Source: a virus. Taken from it: a stretch of 31,480 bases of DNA. Below the pieces are notes generated by a model. The model was not told where the DNA came from. It was given only the letters and a program-made list of their open reading frames with translations, and made no database searches. Location: IMG/VR virus record IMGVR_UViG_3300009124_000060, positions 1 to 31,480 of that record; one strand, given 5' to 3'. Made by a program: the position numbers and the translations under genes. Below, one piece after another: positions 13,487-22,579 of the stretch. Every line of letters begins with the position of its first letter. The stretch's first letter is position 1.

Positions 13487-14362
13487 TTAAGCGATGTAGA
13501 ATACGCGAATAACGTCACCTGAATCAGGAGCAGCACCGAATGTAATCTGTCCAACACCACCAGCACCACCAGTAGGATTAAGAACAAATTCATCTTTAGT
13601 GGTAGCACCTGATTGAAGTTGCTCGATCAAAAGACCGTTTACGTGTACCAAGATCACAGCAAATTCGTTAGCAATAGGCTCGCTAAGATCGAAAGAAGTA
13701 GTTGATCCGTTACCAGAGAATGGGTCAATCTGTGTAGCAAAAGCAACCTTAGCTGCAGTGATAGAAGAATCAGCAACGCTAACCCCACCTGCACCAACAG
13801 CAATAGTGCCGTCAGTAGCATCTGCTTGTACAGCGAAAGACTGTGCACCAGATCCGTTGTAGTCAGTACCAGTAAGACCATTTCCAGCAGACAAGTTGTC
13901 AAGGTTTGTACCAAGAGCCTTACCAGAAATACTGCTGTTAGCCAACTTAGCATTAGCTACTGCACCGTCTGCAAGGTAAATACCGTCAGTGTCTACAGAA
14001 ATAGTACCACCAGATTCTGCTTTCAACTTAACCTTGACACCAGCACTATCTTTGATAAGAGAATTTTCGGCAATCTTAAGATCAAGCTTGTTAGAAGTAA
14101 ACTGCAAACCTGGGTTAGTAGCAAGATCAACAGAGATAACATCTGGATCTCCACTGGTATTGATGTCGATACCGTCACCGCCTGAGAAAGTATCAGGAAG
14201 TTGAGAATCTACATAAGCCTTAGTGGCGGCATCGTCTGTCGCTGTAGGCGTAGGAACTTTGACAGCACCAGTAAACGTATAGTCATCGGTGAGGTCCAGT
14301 TTTGAGGCATCAACTGCGGCATCCGCTAGCTGTCTACCCTTAATTTGAATATCTATTGGCAT
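13487..14362 (-). CDS. Tail fiber-like or receptor-binding-like structural protein.
   Basis: The N-terminus has a motif common in phage fibers (PTPTATDDAATKAYVDSQL). The body is Gly/Ser/Thr/Ala-rich and repetitive. The C-terminus is a small beta domain containing VNGL. Confidence 0.5.
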   Translation of the reverse strand: MPIDIQIKGRQLADAAVDASKLDLTDDYTFTGAVKVPTPTATDDAATKAYVDSQLPDTFSGGDGIDINTSGDPDVISVDLATNPGLQFTSNKLDLKIAENSLIKDSAGVKVKLKAESGGTISVDTDGIYLADGAVANAKLANSSISGKALGTNLDNLSAGNGLTGTDYNGSGAQSFAVQADATDGTIAVGAGGVSVADSSITAAKVAFATQIDPFSGNGSTTSFDLSEPIANEFAVILVHVNGLLIEQLQSGATTKDEFVLNPTGGAGGVGQITFGAAPDSGDVIRVFYIA

Positions 14363-14405
14363 AATTATGTCTCCATATTAATATATTATGTTTTGTGTAC
14401 ACCCT

Positions 14406-14645
14406 CTAGAGAGGTAGGAATACAGCCTCAACAGTGTCACCGTCTTCGATTTGACTGCTAAGTCTGAACTGATTGTGGCTTATGAATGTCACATCAGAGG
14501 GGGTCCTCTGCTTCAAGCCATTTACATATACTTGAAGCGTGGCAAAGTTAAAGGGCTGGCTAGTCGTATAAACATACTGACCAGCACTAACTTGCGATGT
14601 TAGATTTTCTTGAACTGGAGCTTTACTAAAAACATCTACCAACAT
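14406..14645 (-). CDS. Small structural protein sharing the VNGL beta domain with the C-terminus of the fiber.
   Basis: LQVYVNGLKQ...DVTFISHNQFRLSSQIEDGDTVEAVF compares with ILVHVNGLLIEQ...ITFGAAPDSGDVIRVFY at the end of the 291-aa protein. Confidence 0.45.
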   Translation of the reverse strand: MLVDVFSKAPVQENLTSQVSAGQYVYTTSQPFNFATLQVYVNGLKQRTPSDVTFISHNQFRLSSQIEDGDTVEAVFLPL

Positions 14646-15034
14646 TATCTGTCCATCCTATAAGAAAGAATAACTTCATCTAACGTGGCTTCTGCTATAC
14701 CTGTTTTGACAAATAGATTTAGAGGATATTCGTCAGAGAACTGTGCCTCAAATTTAAAAACTGAAGTAGTTTTATCTGTACTGGTTAAACCTCTGGATAA
14801 ACCGCAGGAAGTATCAGGCATAGTACACAGATCACCATCGCTGTCTTCGGTAAGTCTTGCTGTTATAGCGATTTCTTCTGAATCCATTCCTGACATCCTT
14901 AATGTTACTGTTGATAAAATTCCTGTAAACTGTCTATCCCCAGGCGATAAGTTGTTAGGTTGTAGCTGGATTGCTGTACCGTATGCTGTACTTACCGTTT
15001 CGTTAGGAGACAAACGCAAATTATAAAATCTCAT
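14645..15034 (-). CDS. Hypothetical virion-module protein.
   Basis: 129 aa with an ATG start. Its stop overlaps the next gene's start. No motif was recognised. Confidence 0.45.
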   Translation of the reverse strand: MRFYNLRLSPNETVSTAYGTAIQLQPNNLSPGDRQFTGILSTVTLRMSGMDSEEIAITARLTEDSDGDLCTMPDTSCGLSRGLTSTDKTTSVFKFEAQFSDEYPLNLFVKTGIAEATLDEVILSYRMDR

Positions 15035-15057
15035 AGCGTTTCCTCAATTCAAATGTA

Positions 15058-15085
15058 GTTCTCTACTGTATACAATTTGTAAAAT
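15058..15085 (-). promoter_or_regulatory. Motif C, copy 3: ATTTTACAAATTGTATACAGTAGAGAAC.
   Basis: Located in the 57-bp gap between the giant gene and the 129-aa gene. It aligns with 1168-1194 and 7823-7849. Confidence 0.45.
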
Positions 15086-15091
15086 CCTACC

Positions 15092-18000
15092 TTATTGATC
15101 TCCTTTCTCAGCATCTTCTCTAGCCTTTTCTTCGATGGCTGCATCTCTTGTTCTTTCCAAAGACTTTAATCTTCTGATTTCTGCTTGTATAGCTTGGCGT
15201 CTAGAATACAAATTAAAGAGATCTTGCTTAGCTGCAGGTGTTACCCCTACAGGCTTCCCTACTACCCTCTCAGCTATGTTAAACGGTTCATAGGCACCAG
15301 TACCTGCCATAATCCTTGTAAGCTCTACAGGGACCCTTGACAGCCCTACAAAGTTAACAGCACCCATAAAGCCATTGAAGTTCTCAGCTTGCTTAGCATC
15401 CATAGGAAAAATATAATTCTTTCCGTTTATCTCAATACCTTTATCAGATGTAGTGATTGTAGGTGTTATTGTACCACCAGTAATAACTTGTATTGTCTGA
15501 GCGATATCGAATGGGTCTTGTGTGCCGTAGTAAGTCTGCACTAACTTAGTCCATTCTACAGGAACTTTATTGCTAGCTTTAAAATCTGATTCTAAATCTA
15601 AACCACCACGAACTACAGGAGATACCATTCTTCTTAGTGTCTCTTGTGTTTCATCAACAGGAGAAGCTATTAGCCCAGCTACCGACATCATCGCATCTAG
15701 CGTAGGTATAGCAGGTGTAGTCATATAGAAGTTTCTATCTTGTCCGTTGTGTACTGACAAGATGGTTCTGTTTAGTGTATAGTCTGGCATATAAACTTTC
15801 GGATCGAACTGCTTGTCATCGTTCATTGTGGTCATAAACCTTTCAACACCATTGTCCATCTTCAAGATGTTTGCAATTCTTTTTGCTTTTGCAGGCTCGC
15901 TTAAGTTCTTCACAAACGTAGTCATATTCTGTCTGTAGAAAGAATAAAAAACAAATGCTGTAGCAGCAAAGGCTTTCTCTGTTGGGTTCATATTGTTGTA
16001 GTCAAACATAGACTTTCTAGCCAACACAGTTGCTTCTTCTATGGATGCACCGTTCTTTAGGGCATCTTGCATTACCGCAGCCCTGAACACCATATCTTCA
16101 GCAATCATCAGTTCACCACCAACATCACCAATTCTAGCAAGAGGTCTTTGTACAAGTGCACCAGCCACTGCACCTTTTGGTCCAGCTACAGCTCCTCCGA
16201 CAGCAGCGGCGGTAGTGTTTCTAGACCAGTCTGTCATCCAGTTCATAGCTTCTTTGGACAGCCCTGTTCTTCTAGTATTGTTGTCTTCGATATATTTTAT
16301 TAAAGATCCGTCATTGATTGTACTAGTAATCATAGAGAATTCAGATCTAGCACCACCAGCATACACTGCTTTGTTCAGATCTCCGTAGGTATAGAGCCTA
16401 CCATCTGGTGTTTCTACTGCAATCTCATAGTATCTAGGAGCTGTTGGACTGTAAGCCTGCAGAGCCTTAACACCGTGCTTTACACCATTGGGACCTACAA
16501 TCTTACCTGTGGTCATATAAGTGATTGTAGAGGCTGTAGTAATGTTGTTCATATGGAACTGAGGGGCGTATGTAAGAACGCCCTTGTAGAAGATAGACAT
16601 TACCCCGTTCATAAAGTTAGATAAGCCTTTTAAAGTTTTATCTTTTAGGGACAAATCCTTTAGTAACTGGTCAAGCTGTCTAGATATCGGAGCAATTCTA
16701 CCTGATGCTAGTGCTTTGTTAAGTTCGTTGTATACAGTTTCACCCATATACAGTTTACCCATACGCTCATCTTTGAACAGTTGGTTAATGAAATCTGCAG
16801 CCTTGTCTGCGTCTGTATCAAATTTAGCCCACAAGTTATTATTTCTAATGATTTGATCACCTGCATCTGCTACGTATCTTTGGTATCTAGCAGCAAATGA
16901 CAGCTCTCTTTCTACGTATCCATACAGACCTTGGTTAGCTTGTTGCTGTTTAAGTTGCTCTACAGCTTGTTCAAATTCATCCCAGTTCTTAGCGTTAACC
17001 AAAGCAGCATTGTAGTTCTGTACACCGCCAGGTCCCATATTACCCAGTGTTCTTTGGATAGCACCGAGGTCTGCTCTTTCTGGTCTGTTGAAAGAATCTA
17101 AGATATAAGATTTTAAATCTGCTTCTAAGTAAGTCGATGGATCCATATTGGCGTTCTCTGCCATCTCTTCAAGCATAAACTGAGAAGCCATATCGCTTCT
17201 CATAGTGTCAATGAGATCATCAGTACCTGCTATAATTACATCTTCGTTTACAGCTCTTACAAGATGCTTGCTTACAATTCTATCACCCTCTGCCCAGTAG
17301 TACATACCCAGACTAACTTCATTCTGCATTGTATCTTTTAAAGAAGCAAACTTCTTTTCTATCATTCTATCTGTTACACCAGGTGCAAGTGACTTCTCAT
17401 CACCAAGAATCTTCACGTATTCTGTTATAAGTTCACTGAAGTTATCCCAGTATTTAGCTGGGTTCTCGTAAGTCTTAGCTACAAAAATCTCTACTACATC
17501 ATCCAACTGCTCTTTACCGAACTTAGATAAAAAAGTATTTCTTTGTGCTAGCTGGTTTAAGCCTACTACCCTGTCAGTTACAGATGTAGATTCCTTAACG
17601 TGATAGAACAATCTACCTAATGCCCAGTCTGCAGTGTCGTACAATCTGTTTAGTTGTATTGATGTCTGTACATCATCAGCTCTAATCTTATAAGCATCAG
17701 AAAGATTAGGAGATTCTATCACCCCAGTAGCGGCTTCTTCCGCTTCAGCAATTTTTCTTTTTGTTTGCTGTCTGAACAAATCAGATTCTTCTTTGTACTG
17801 AGCAGCCTTCTCTTCTCTGCTAGCTGTCTTCTCTGCTCTCAAGTCTTGTACAGCTTCATCGTAAGACTTTCTTACTTCACCTTTGTTGAAGTCTCTGATT
17901 GTAACCAGTTCTTTCTTTTCTACTTCAAGTGCATCTGCAAGTTCTGACTTTTTAGTAGAGAGAACTTCATCTGCTTGTTCTCTGGCTATCCTTATATTTT

Positions 18001-21000
18001 CTTTTCCACGAAGTTTTACTTGTTTTAAATCTGCTTTAGTGGCTTTTTTAAAATTAGATAATTCTTCTCTGGCATCACGCACTATATTACTAAAGCGATT
18101 GTTAACTTCGTTTAGGGCAACAGTTCTCTTTTGCTTAATGCTTCCTTTATACTTCTGCATTTCAGTTTTAAGTGCTGCAGCATCATCTGCAAAGTCTGCT
18201 CTGATCTGTGCAGTTTGTGCTTTGTAGCCCTCTCTAACGCTCGCTGCAGCGTCTTTCTTGGCTTGCCTTACTGCTTGCCTTACTGTGTCGAAAGAATCCC
18301 CTAGAGCTTGTCTGAAGGCTGCTTTCTGGTTTCTATTAGACCAGCCTAGTTGTGCACGAAAAGACCTAACATCAAAGTCTGCTTGACTAAGACCAGCTCT
18401 TCTTGCCATCTCTGTATCAAGCATATCATCAATTAAAGTTTGTAATTCTTCTCTACGTCCAGCATCATCAAGCCCATCCATTCTGGCAACCATATTGTCT
18501 AAGGCTTCTTCTCTAATCAAACCTATGGTTTCTTCGTATTCAGTTTCTACTTGTCTAACTGTATCATCAAACATCTCTGCAGCATCTTTCTGAGCTTGTC
18601 TGTATGAGCGTCTGTAGGCTTTCATAGCCTCAGACATATCATCAGCCTCGTCAAGGAATTCAATGTCGTCAGCATTCCTTATGCGGGCAAGTTCGTCAGT
18701 AACATCTATTTGAGCTTCTTCAAGTTCTAATTTCTTATTAGCCTTAAGTTCTTTATCTCTGGCTACGTAGGTAGCTTTGGTTTCATCATATGCTTGCTTA
18801 GCTTCTGCTTCAATCTTTTCTACTTTTGTTTTTCTAACTTCTTCTGCTTCAGCAATAGCTAACTTGTTGTTGTTCTCTAAGTCTTTCAGATCTTTTTCAG
18901 ATTGCTTTTGAACCTTCTCTATCTCTGCATCTCTAGTTTTCTTTGCATTATCTACAGCCTTTGCTCTTTCGGCTTCCAGTTTCCTAAGTGCAGCATTGTA
19001 ATCTGCTTGTGCTGCAGCCTTAGCTTCCGCTGTAGTAGCACTAAGAAGTTTTAATTTTTCATCTCTAACTTCTTGCTGTGCTGCTCTTGCTGACTTGAAT
19101 TCATCTTCAAGTGCTTTCTTAGATTCAGAGAACTGTTTTTGTGCATCAGCTCTAAGAGACCTTTCTTCTGCTCTAATGGCTTCCTTAGTCTCAGGAAGTT
19201 TTCTTTCCAATTCAACTTGCTCAAGTCTTCTTTGTCTAACTTCAGCTCTTTTAGATTCAGCCCAGTTTTGGTATTCAGTTGCGGATACTTGCTTAGTTCC
19301 TCCCTGTCCATCGGGTATGTGGAGCTGTGCAATCTCTGGTGATCTAGGCCCAACAATAGCAGCACCAAGGGCTTCTTCTGACGTAGGAATAACTTTAGGA
19401 TCTAAGCCATACAGCTCTCTTAATTCTTCTGCTTGTTTGCCTTTGCTTCTCAATCCGTCTATGGTATTTCTAAGCTGGATATCCATAGCTGAGGCTTCTT
19501 GTTTTACTTCCTCGAATAATCTACGCTGCTCAAAGGTAGCAGCGTCTGGTGTAGCTGTTTCAGGTACACTATTCTTTCTAGCTCTCTCTGCCATTTTTGC
19601 TATGTAATCTTTTCCTGATCCAAAGAATTCTACAAAGAAACCATCATCCCTTACACCTGGAGCATCAAGAAACTTTCTTTGCATCTTTGGTGGTAACTTA
19701 GAGATATCTGCTGTGGTGTATACCCCTCTTTGCAGATTCATAGCTGCATCGTCTATGGTCATACCCTTTAGTCTATTGAAATCTTCGAAGTACAACTTGC
19801 CATCTTTCAAGTTATCAAGAATGTTTCTGAATTCAATGTTACCCAATTTGTTCTGTGCTTTGGCATCAAAGAGCAGCATATTCAAAGCATCGGTATCTTC
19901 AGGTTCTAAATAGAAAAACTTTTGCGGCTTTGGTGCTTCAGCATACCCACCCAGTTCTGCCATCTGTGACTTTGATGCTGATATTCTCTCGGCATCAATA
20001 CCGATCTTTCTTGCAGGTACTACATCGCCTGCAAACACCCTACGTATGGGAGCTGTCCACTTACCAAAAACACCTTGTGTATCTATGGTTTGCTTTCTTC
20101 CGTGATAAATTTGAGAAAGATATTGTGATAGTGGAGATTTGTTTGCTTCTGCGTAAAGCTCAGCTTCTCTTGCTGGATGGGTAAAGGTCTTTCTGGTTAC
20201 TGCTTTTACACCATCTAAACCTCTTAGGCCAGGTGCTGCTTCAAAAACCGAAGACCTTGCGTAGTGATAGTCTACAAGTTTTTGTACATCTGCTAGTTCA
20301 TCACCACCCATTCTAGCAATTCTTGTTCCTCTGGATGTGGCAATCCTATCAAGCAATTCTTTATTTACCCTAGGGTTGTCTAGTAATGCTTGCTCAGCAA
20401 AGTCAAAGCCTTCGTCCGCTACTTCGTCAAGGTATCTTTGGGTAGCATCGTGTTCTAATTTGGATTGCTTTGCATTTCCAAACATTTTTTCGTCAACTGC
20501 TTTAGATGCTTCAGTTACGTCATCACCAGTTCTAGCAATGTGTTCATCTAGTAACTTAGCGTACTTAGTATCAGGGTTAGGAATCTGACCTTTAGCCGCA
20601 GTTCTAGAAGCCTCTAGTTCTCTGGCAGTCTTAGCACCTACAAGAGATCTGATATCTCCGTAATCATCAGTAGCTTTAATTACTTTCTTTGCTAGTGGCT
20701 TACCTACAATTGGCATATGTGTAATAAAGTTTACATCTTTTGCAAAAGCATTTAGTCCAGCACCACCTGCTGCTTTTAAAACTTCACCTACAGCCTTTGC
20801 GTCTGTAGAAGTATTTAGAACTTTTTGTGCTTTGTACATTTGACTACCGCCCTTGAGGGCTTTTGATCCAGCAATCAAAACACCAAAGTCTGGTGACAGA
20901 ATATCTCCAGCTAAACCACCACCAACAACTACAGCGGCTTGCCAACCTTCTAATCCAAGAGCGTTAGATACGTCTTGGAATTCACCTGTAAGCCCTTTGT

Positions 21001-22570
21001 TAAGTGCTATCGAAGCCATATAAGAAGAATCTGCGTAGTCAGGTGTTGCTTCTGCTCTACCCTTTCTTCTTGCCATACCCAGTGTAGATGGTTCACCGCC
21101 AGCAAATTCTGGAATAAAAGAAGATAATCCTGTTGTAAAGTAATCAGCTTCTTCGATCAAACCAGCTTTTGCAGCAACTTCAAAGCCTACACCCATAGCG
21201 GTTTCTACAGCAGGTTCTAGAACAGGCTCAATCACGTTTTCTTGTACAGCTACAGCCAATACGTTTAGCGGAGCCATACCCATACGAAAAACATAATTCT
21301 TAGAAGTCTCGGCTTGCTTACCCATATAGTCCATGTCAGTGAAGAAACCTTCAACAACATACTTGTCGGGATTAGCTTTGATATCTGCTTTTAAAGCAGG
21401 GTCAAGAAACCAAGCATTAGGATCACCAAATTCATTAATAGCTCTAACAGAAGTTAAAGCACCACCCATAGTGGGGCTGATACTATTTGATGTACCTCTA
21501 CCAGCTGACATAGATACACCACCAGCGTTTCTAATAGCTTGGTCTGCTTGTGGCGATATAAGCGTTCTTGTAGTCTTTGGGTTTGTGTTTGTAAGATAAT
21601 CAAATACTTCTCTTGGCACAGTACCAGTTGCAGTACCGCCAATAGGGAAGCTAACCAAATCTACTTCTTCTTCACCAATCTTCTCTCTGTTCTCAGAAAA
21701 AAACTTATAATAAGGCTTCTCAATGGTCTTCTTAACGTAAGCCATCTGTGCTGGTGTGTAGTCCTTAACCTGTCCTTTGTTACCTGTTACCTGCAATTCA
21801 AATGCACCAACAGTATCTTCAGAGAATCTATCTTGTAGTTCGGTTTTTGCAGGTTCAAATGTAGGAGCAGAATCTATTGCTGCTATCTCATCAAGTGCTT
21901 TTCTAAGTGCATCATCAGTACCTTTTGATAGGGGCAACAAACGAAAGTAAGCTTCTTCAATAGCGTCTACTTGTGTCTGTGCATTATCAAAGTCTATATT
22001 AGGATTAGCAGTTATGACAGCATTGTACAATCCGTCTCTGTCCAATCTTGTATCTGACTTTTTACTAGAGAACTGCTGAGGTCTAAGTGGAGATACAGCA
22101 CCAGTGAGAGAAGGCAGCTGACCTGTAGCTGTTTCAATAGGAGGAGCGGCAGGAATATCTACACCTAAAAATTCTGCAGGTGCAGTCTTTTCTGCAAAGT
22201 CACCAAAGGTAGCAGTAGTAGGTGGCTTTACATAAGTCTCTCTAATCTCTTTGTCGAACTTATTGTAGATGCTATCGTAGCTAATAGAAGATGCAGGTAT
22301 GCCAGAATCTATCATGGCTTGCATCTCTTGTTGCGTCTTTAAATCAGCAAGCTGACCAATAAGCGTTTGCTTTTCTGTTTCGTTAGGAATTAAACCTGAC
22401 AGCAAAGGATCTGGAGCAGAAGGAGAATAATAATAATTACCCAAGATAGAAGACATTGTAGGAATACCATACTGGTTTTCTTGTATCTCTCTATCTGCAT
22501 ATCCTCCAAGGATCTGGGCTTCTAAGGCTTTCTTTTTTCTTTCTAATTCCAGTTCTTCTGGCGTTGGCAT
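15092..22570 (-). CDS. Giant 2492-aa virion protein, a candidate internal/ejection protein in the position of T7 gp16.
   Basis: A single uninterrupted ORF covering 24% of the genome, with SD GGGGTGA. It contains a central E/K/A/R coiled-coil block of about 500 aa (roughly nt 17,730-19,270) and Gly/Ala-rich hydrophobic segments (about nt 20,860-20,950 and 16,130-16,230). It follows two other internal-protein-like genes. Confidence 0.55.
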   Translation of the reverse strand: MPTPEELELERKKKALEAQILGGYADREIQENQYGIPTMSSILGNYYYSPSAPDPLLSGLIPNETEKQTLIGQLADLKTQQEMQAMIDSGIPASSISYDSIYNKFDKEIRETYVKPPTTATFGDFAEKTAPAEFLGVDIPAAPPIETATGQLPSLTGAVSPLRPQQFSSKKSDTRLDRDGLYNAVITANPNIDFDNAQTQVDAIEEAYFRLLPLSKGTDDALRKALDEIAAIDSAPTFEPAKTELQDRFSEDTVGAFELQVTGNKGQVKDYTPAQMAYVKKTIEKPYYKFFSENREKIGEEEVDLVSFPIGGTATGTVPREVFDYLTNTNPKTTRTLISPQADQAIRNAGGVSMSAGRGTSNSISPTMGGALTSVRAINEFGDPNAWFLDPALKADIKANPDKYVVEGFFTDMDYMGKQAETSKNYVFRMGMAPLNVLAVAVQENVIEPVLEPAVETAMGVGFEVAAKAGLIEEADYFTTGLSSFIPEFAGGEPSTLGMARRKGRAEATPDYADSSYMASIALNKGLTGEFQDVSNALGLEGWQAAVVVGGGLAGDILSPDFGVLIAGSKALKGGSQMYKAQKVLNTSTDAKAVGEVLKAAGGAGLNAFAKDVNFITHMPIVGKPLAKKVIKATDDYGDIRSLVGAKTARELEASRTAAKGQIPNPDTKYAKLLDEHIARTGDDVTEASKAVDEKMFGNAKQSKLEHDATQRYLDEVADEGFDFAEQALLDNPRVNKELLDRIATSRGTRIARMGGDELADVQKLVDYHYARSSVFEAAPGLRGLDGVKAVTRKTFTHPAREAELYAEANKSPLSQYLSQIYHGRKQTIDTQGVFGKWTAPIRRVFAGDVVPARKIGIDAERISASKSQMAELGGYAEAPKPQKFFYLEPEDTDALNMLLFDAKAQNKLGNIEFRNILDNLKDGKLYFEDFNRLKGMTIDDAAMNLQRGVYTTADISKLPPKMQRKFLDAPGVRDDGFFVEFFGSGKDYIAKMAERARKNSVPETATPDAATFEQRRLFEEVKQEASAMDIQLRNTIDGLRSKGKQAEELRELYGLDPKVIPTSEEALGAAIVGPRSPEIAQLHIPDGQGGTKQVSATEYQNWAESKRAEVRQRRLEQVELERKLPETKEAIRAEERSLRADAQKQFSESKKALEDEFKSARAAQQEVRDEKLKLLSATTAEAKAAAQADYNAALRKLEAERAKAVDNAKKTRDAEIEKVQKQSEKDLKDLENNNKLAIAEAEEVRKTKVEKIEAEAKQAYDETKATYVARDKELKANKKLELEEAQIDVTDELARIRNADDIEFLDEADDMSEAMKAYRRSYRQAQKDAAEMFDDTVRQVETEYEETIGLIREEALDNMVARMDGLDDAGRREELQTLIDDMLDTEMARRAGLSQADFDVRSFRAQLGWSNRNQKAAFRQALGDSFDTVRQAVRQAKKDAAASVREGYKAQTAQIRADFADDAAALKTEMQKYKGSIKQKRTVALNEVNNRFSNIVRDAREELSNFKKATKADLKQVKLRGKENIRIAREQADEVLSTKKSELADALEVEKKELVTIRDFNKGEVRKSYDEAVQDLRAEKTASREEKAAQYKEESDLFRQQTKRKIAEAEEAATGVIESPNLSDAYKIRADDVQTSIQLNRLYDTADWALGRLFYHVKESTSVTDRVVGLNQLAQRNTFLSKFGKEQLDDVVEIFVAKTYENPAKYWDNFSELITEYVKILGDEKSLAPGVTDRMIEKKFASLKDTMQNEVSLGMYYWAEGDRIVSKHLVRAVNEDVIIAGTDDLIDTMRSDMASQFMLEEMAENANMDPSTYLEADLKSYILDSFNRPERADLGAIQRTLGNMGPGGVQNYNAALVNAKNWDEFEQAVEQLKQQQANQGLYGYVERELSFAARYQRYVADAGDQIIRNNNLWAKFDTDADKAADFINQLFKDERMGKLYMGETVYNELNKALASGRIAPISRQLDQLLKDLSLKDKTLKGLSNFMNGVMSIFYKGVLTYAPQFHMNNITTASTITYMTTGKIVGPNGVKHGVKALQAYSPTAPRYYEIAVETPDGRLYTYGDLNKAVYAGGARSEFSMITSTINDGSLIKYIEDNNTRRTGLSKEAMNWMTDWSRNTTAAAVGGAVAGPKGAVAGALVQRPLARIGDVGGELMIAEDMVFRAAVMQDALKNGASIEEATVLARKSMFDYNNMNPTEKAFAATAFVFYSFYRQNMTTFVKNLSEPAKAKRIANILKMDNGVERFMTTMNDDKQFDPKVYMPDYTLNRTILSVHNGQDRNFYMTTPAIPTLDAMMSVAGLIASPVDETQETLRRMVSPVVRGGLDLESDFKASNKVPVEWTKLVQTYYGTQDPFDIAQTIQVITGGTITPTITTSDKGIEINGKNYIFPMDAKQAENFNGFMGAVNFVGLSRVPVELTRIMAGTGAYEPFNIAERVVGKPVGVTPAAKQDLFNLYSRRQAIQAEIRRLKSLERTRDAAIEEKAREDAEKGDQ

Positions 22571-22579
22571 AATTCACCC

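Noticed and set aside
13654-14204. Overlapping ORFs listed in the track inside the fiber gene: 13654..13953 (-, an alternate frame) and 13826..14185 and 13989..14204 (+, antisense).
   Set aside because: They lie wholly inside a longer gene that has an SD and a good start. Their products are low-complexity (L/S/T-rich), as expected from off-frame or antisense reading of repetitive Gly/Ser/Thr/Ala-rich coding sequence.
16041-21838. Many alternate-frame and antisense ORFs within the giant gene. The plus-strand ones are 16041..16388, 17883..18227, 19095..19607, 19855..20184, 20337..20588, 21333..21599 and 21539..21838. Minus-strand alternate frames include 19051..19368 and 21454..21642.
   Set aside because: None has a convincing SD. 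All are Ser/Leu/Cys-rich shadows of a biased coding frame, especially over the E/K coiled-coil region. The 2492-aa frame is uninterrupted and explains the sequence.
15092-22570. The idea that the giant protein is an N4-like or crAss-like virion RNA polymerase.
   Set aside because: I could not find DxDGD, T/DxxGR, Rx3Kx6-7YG or HD[SE]-type motifs by eye. The idea is kept only as a hypothesis for structure-based searches and is not an annotation.
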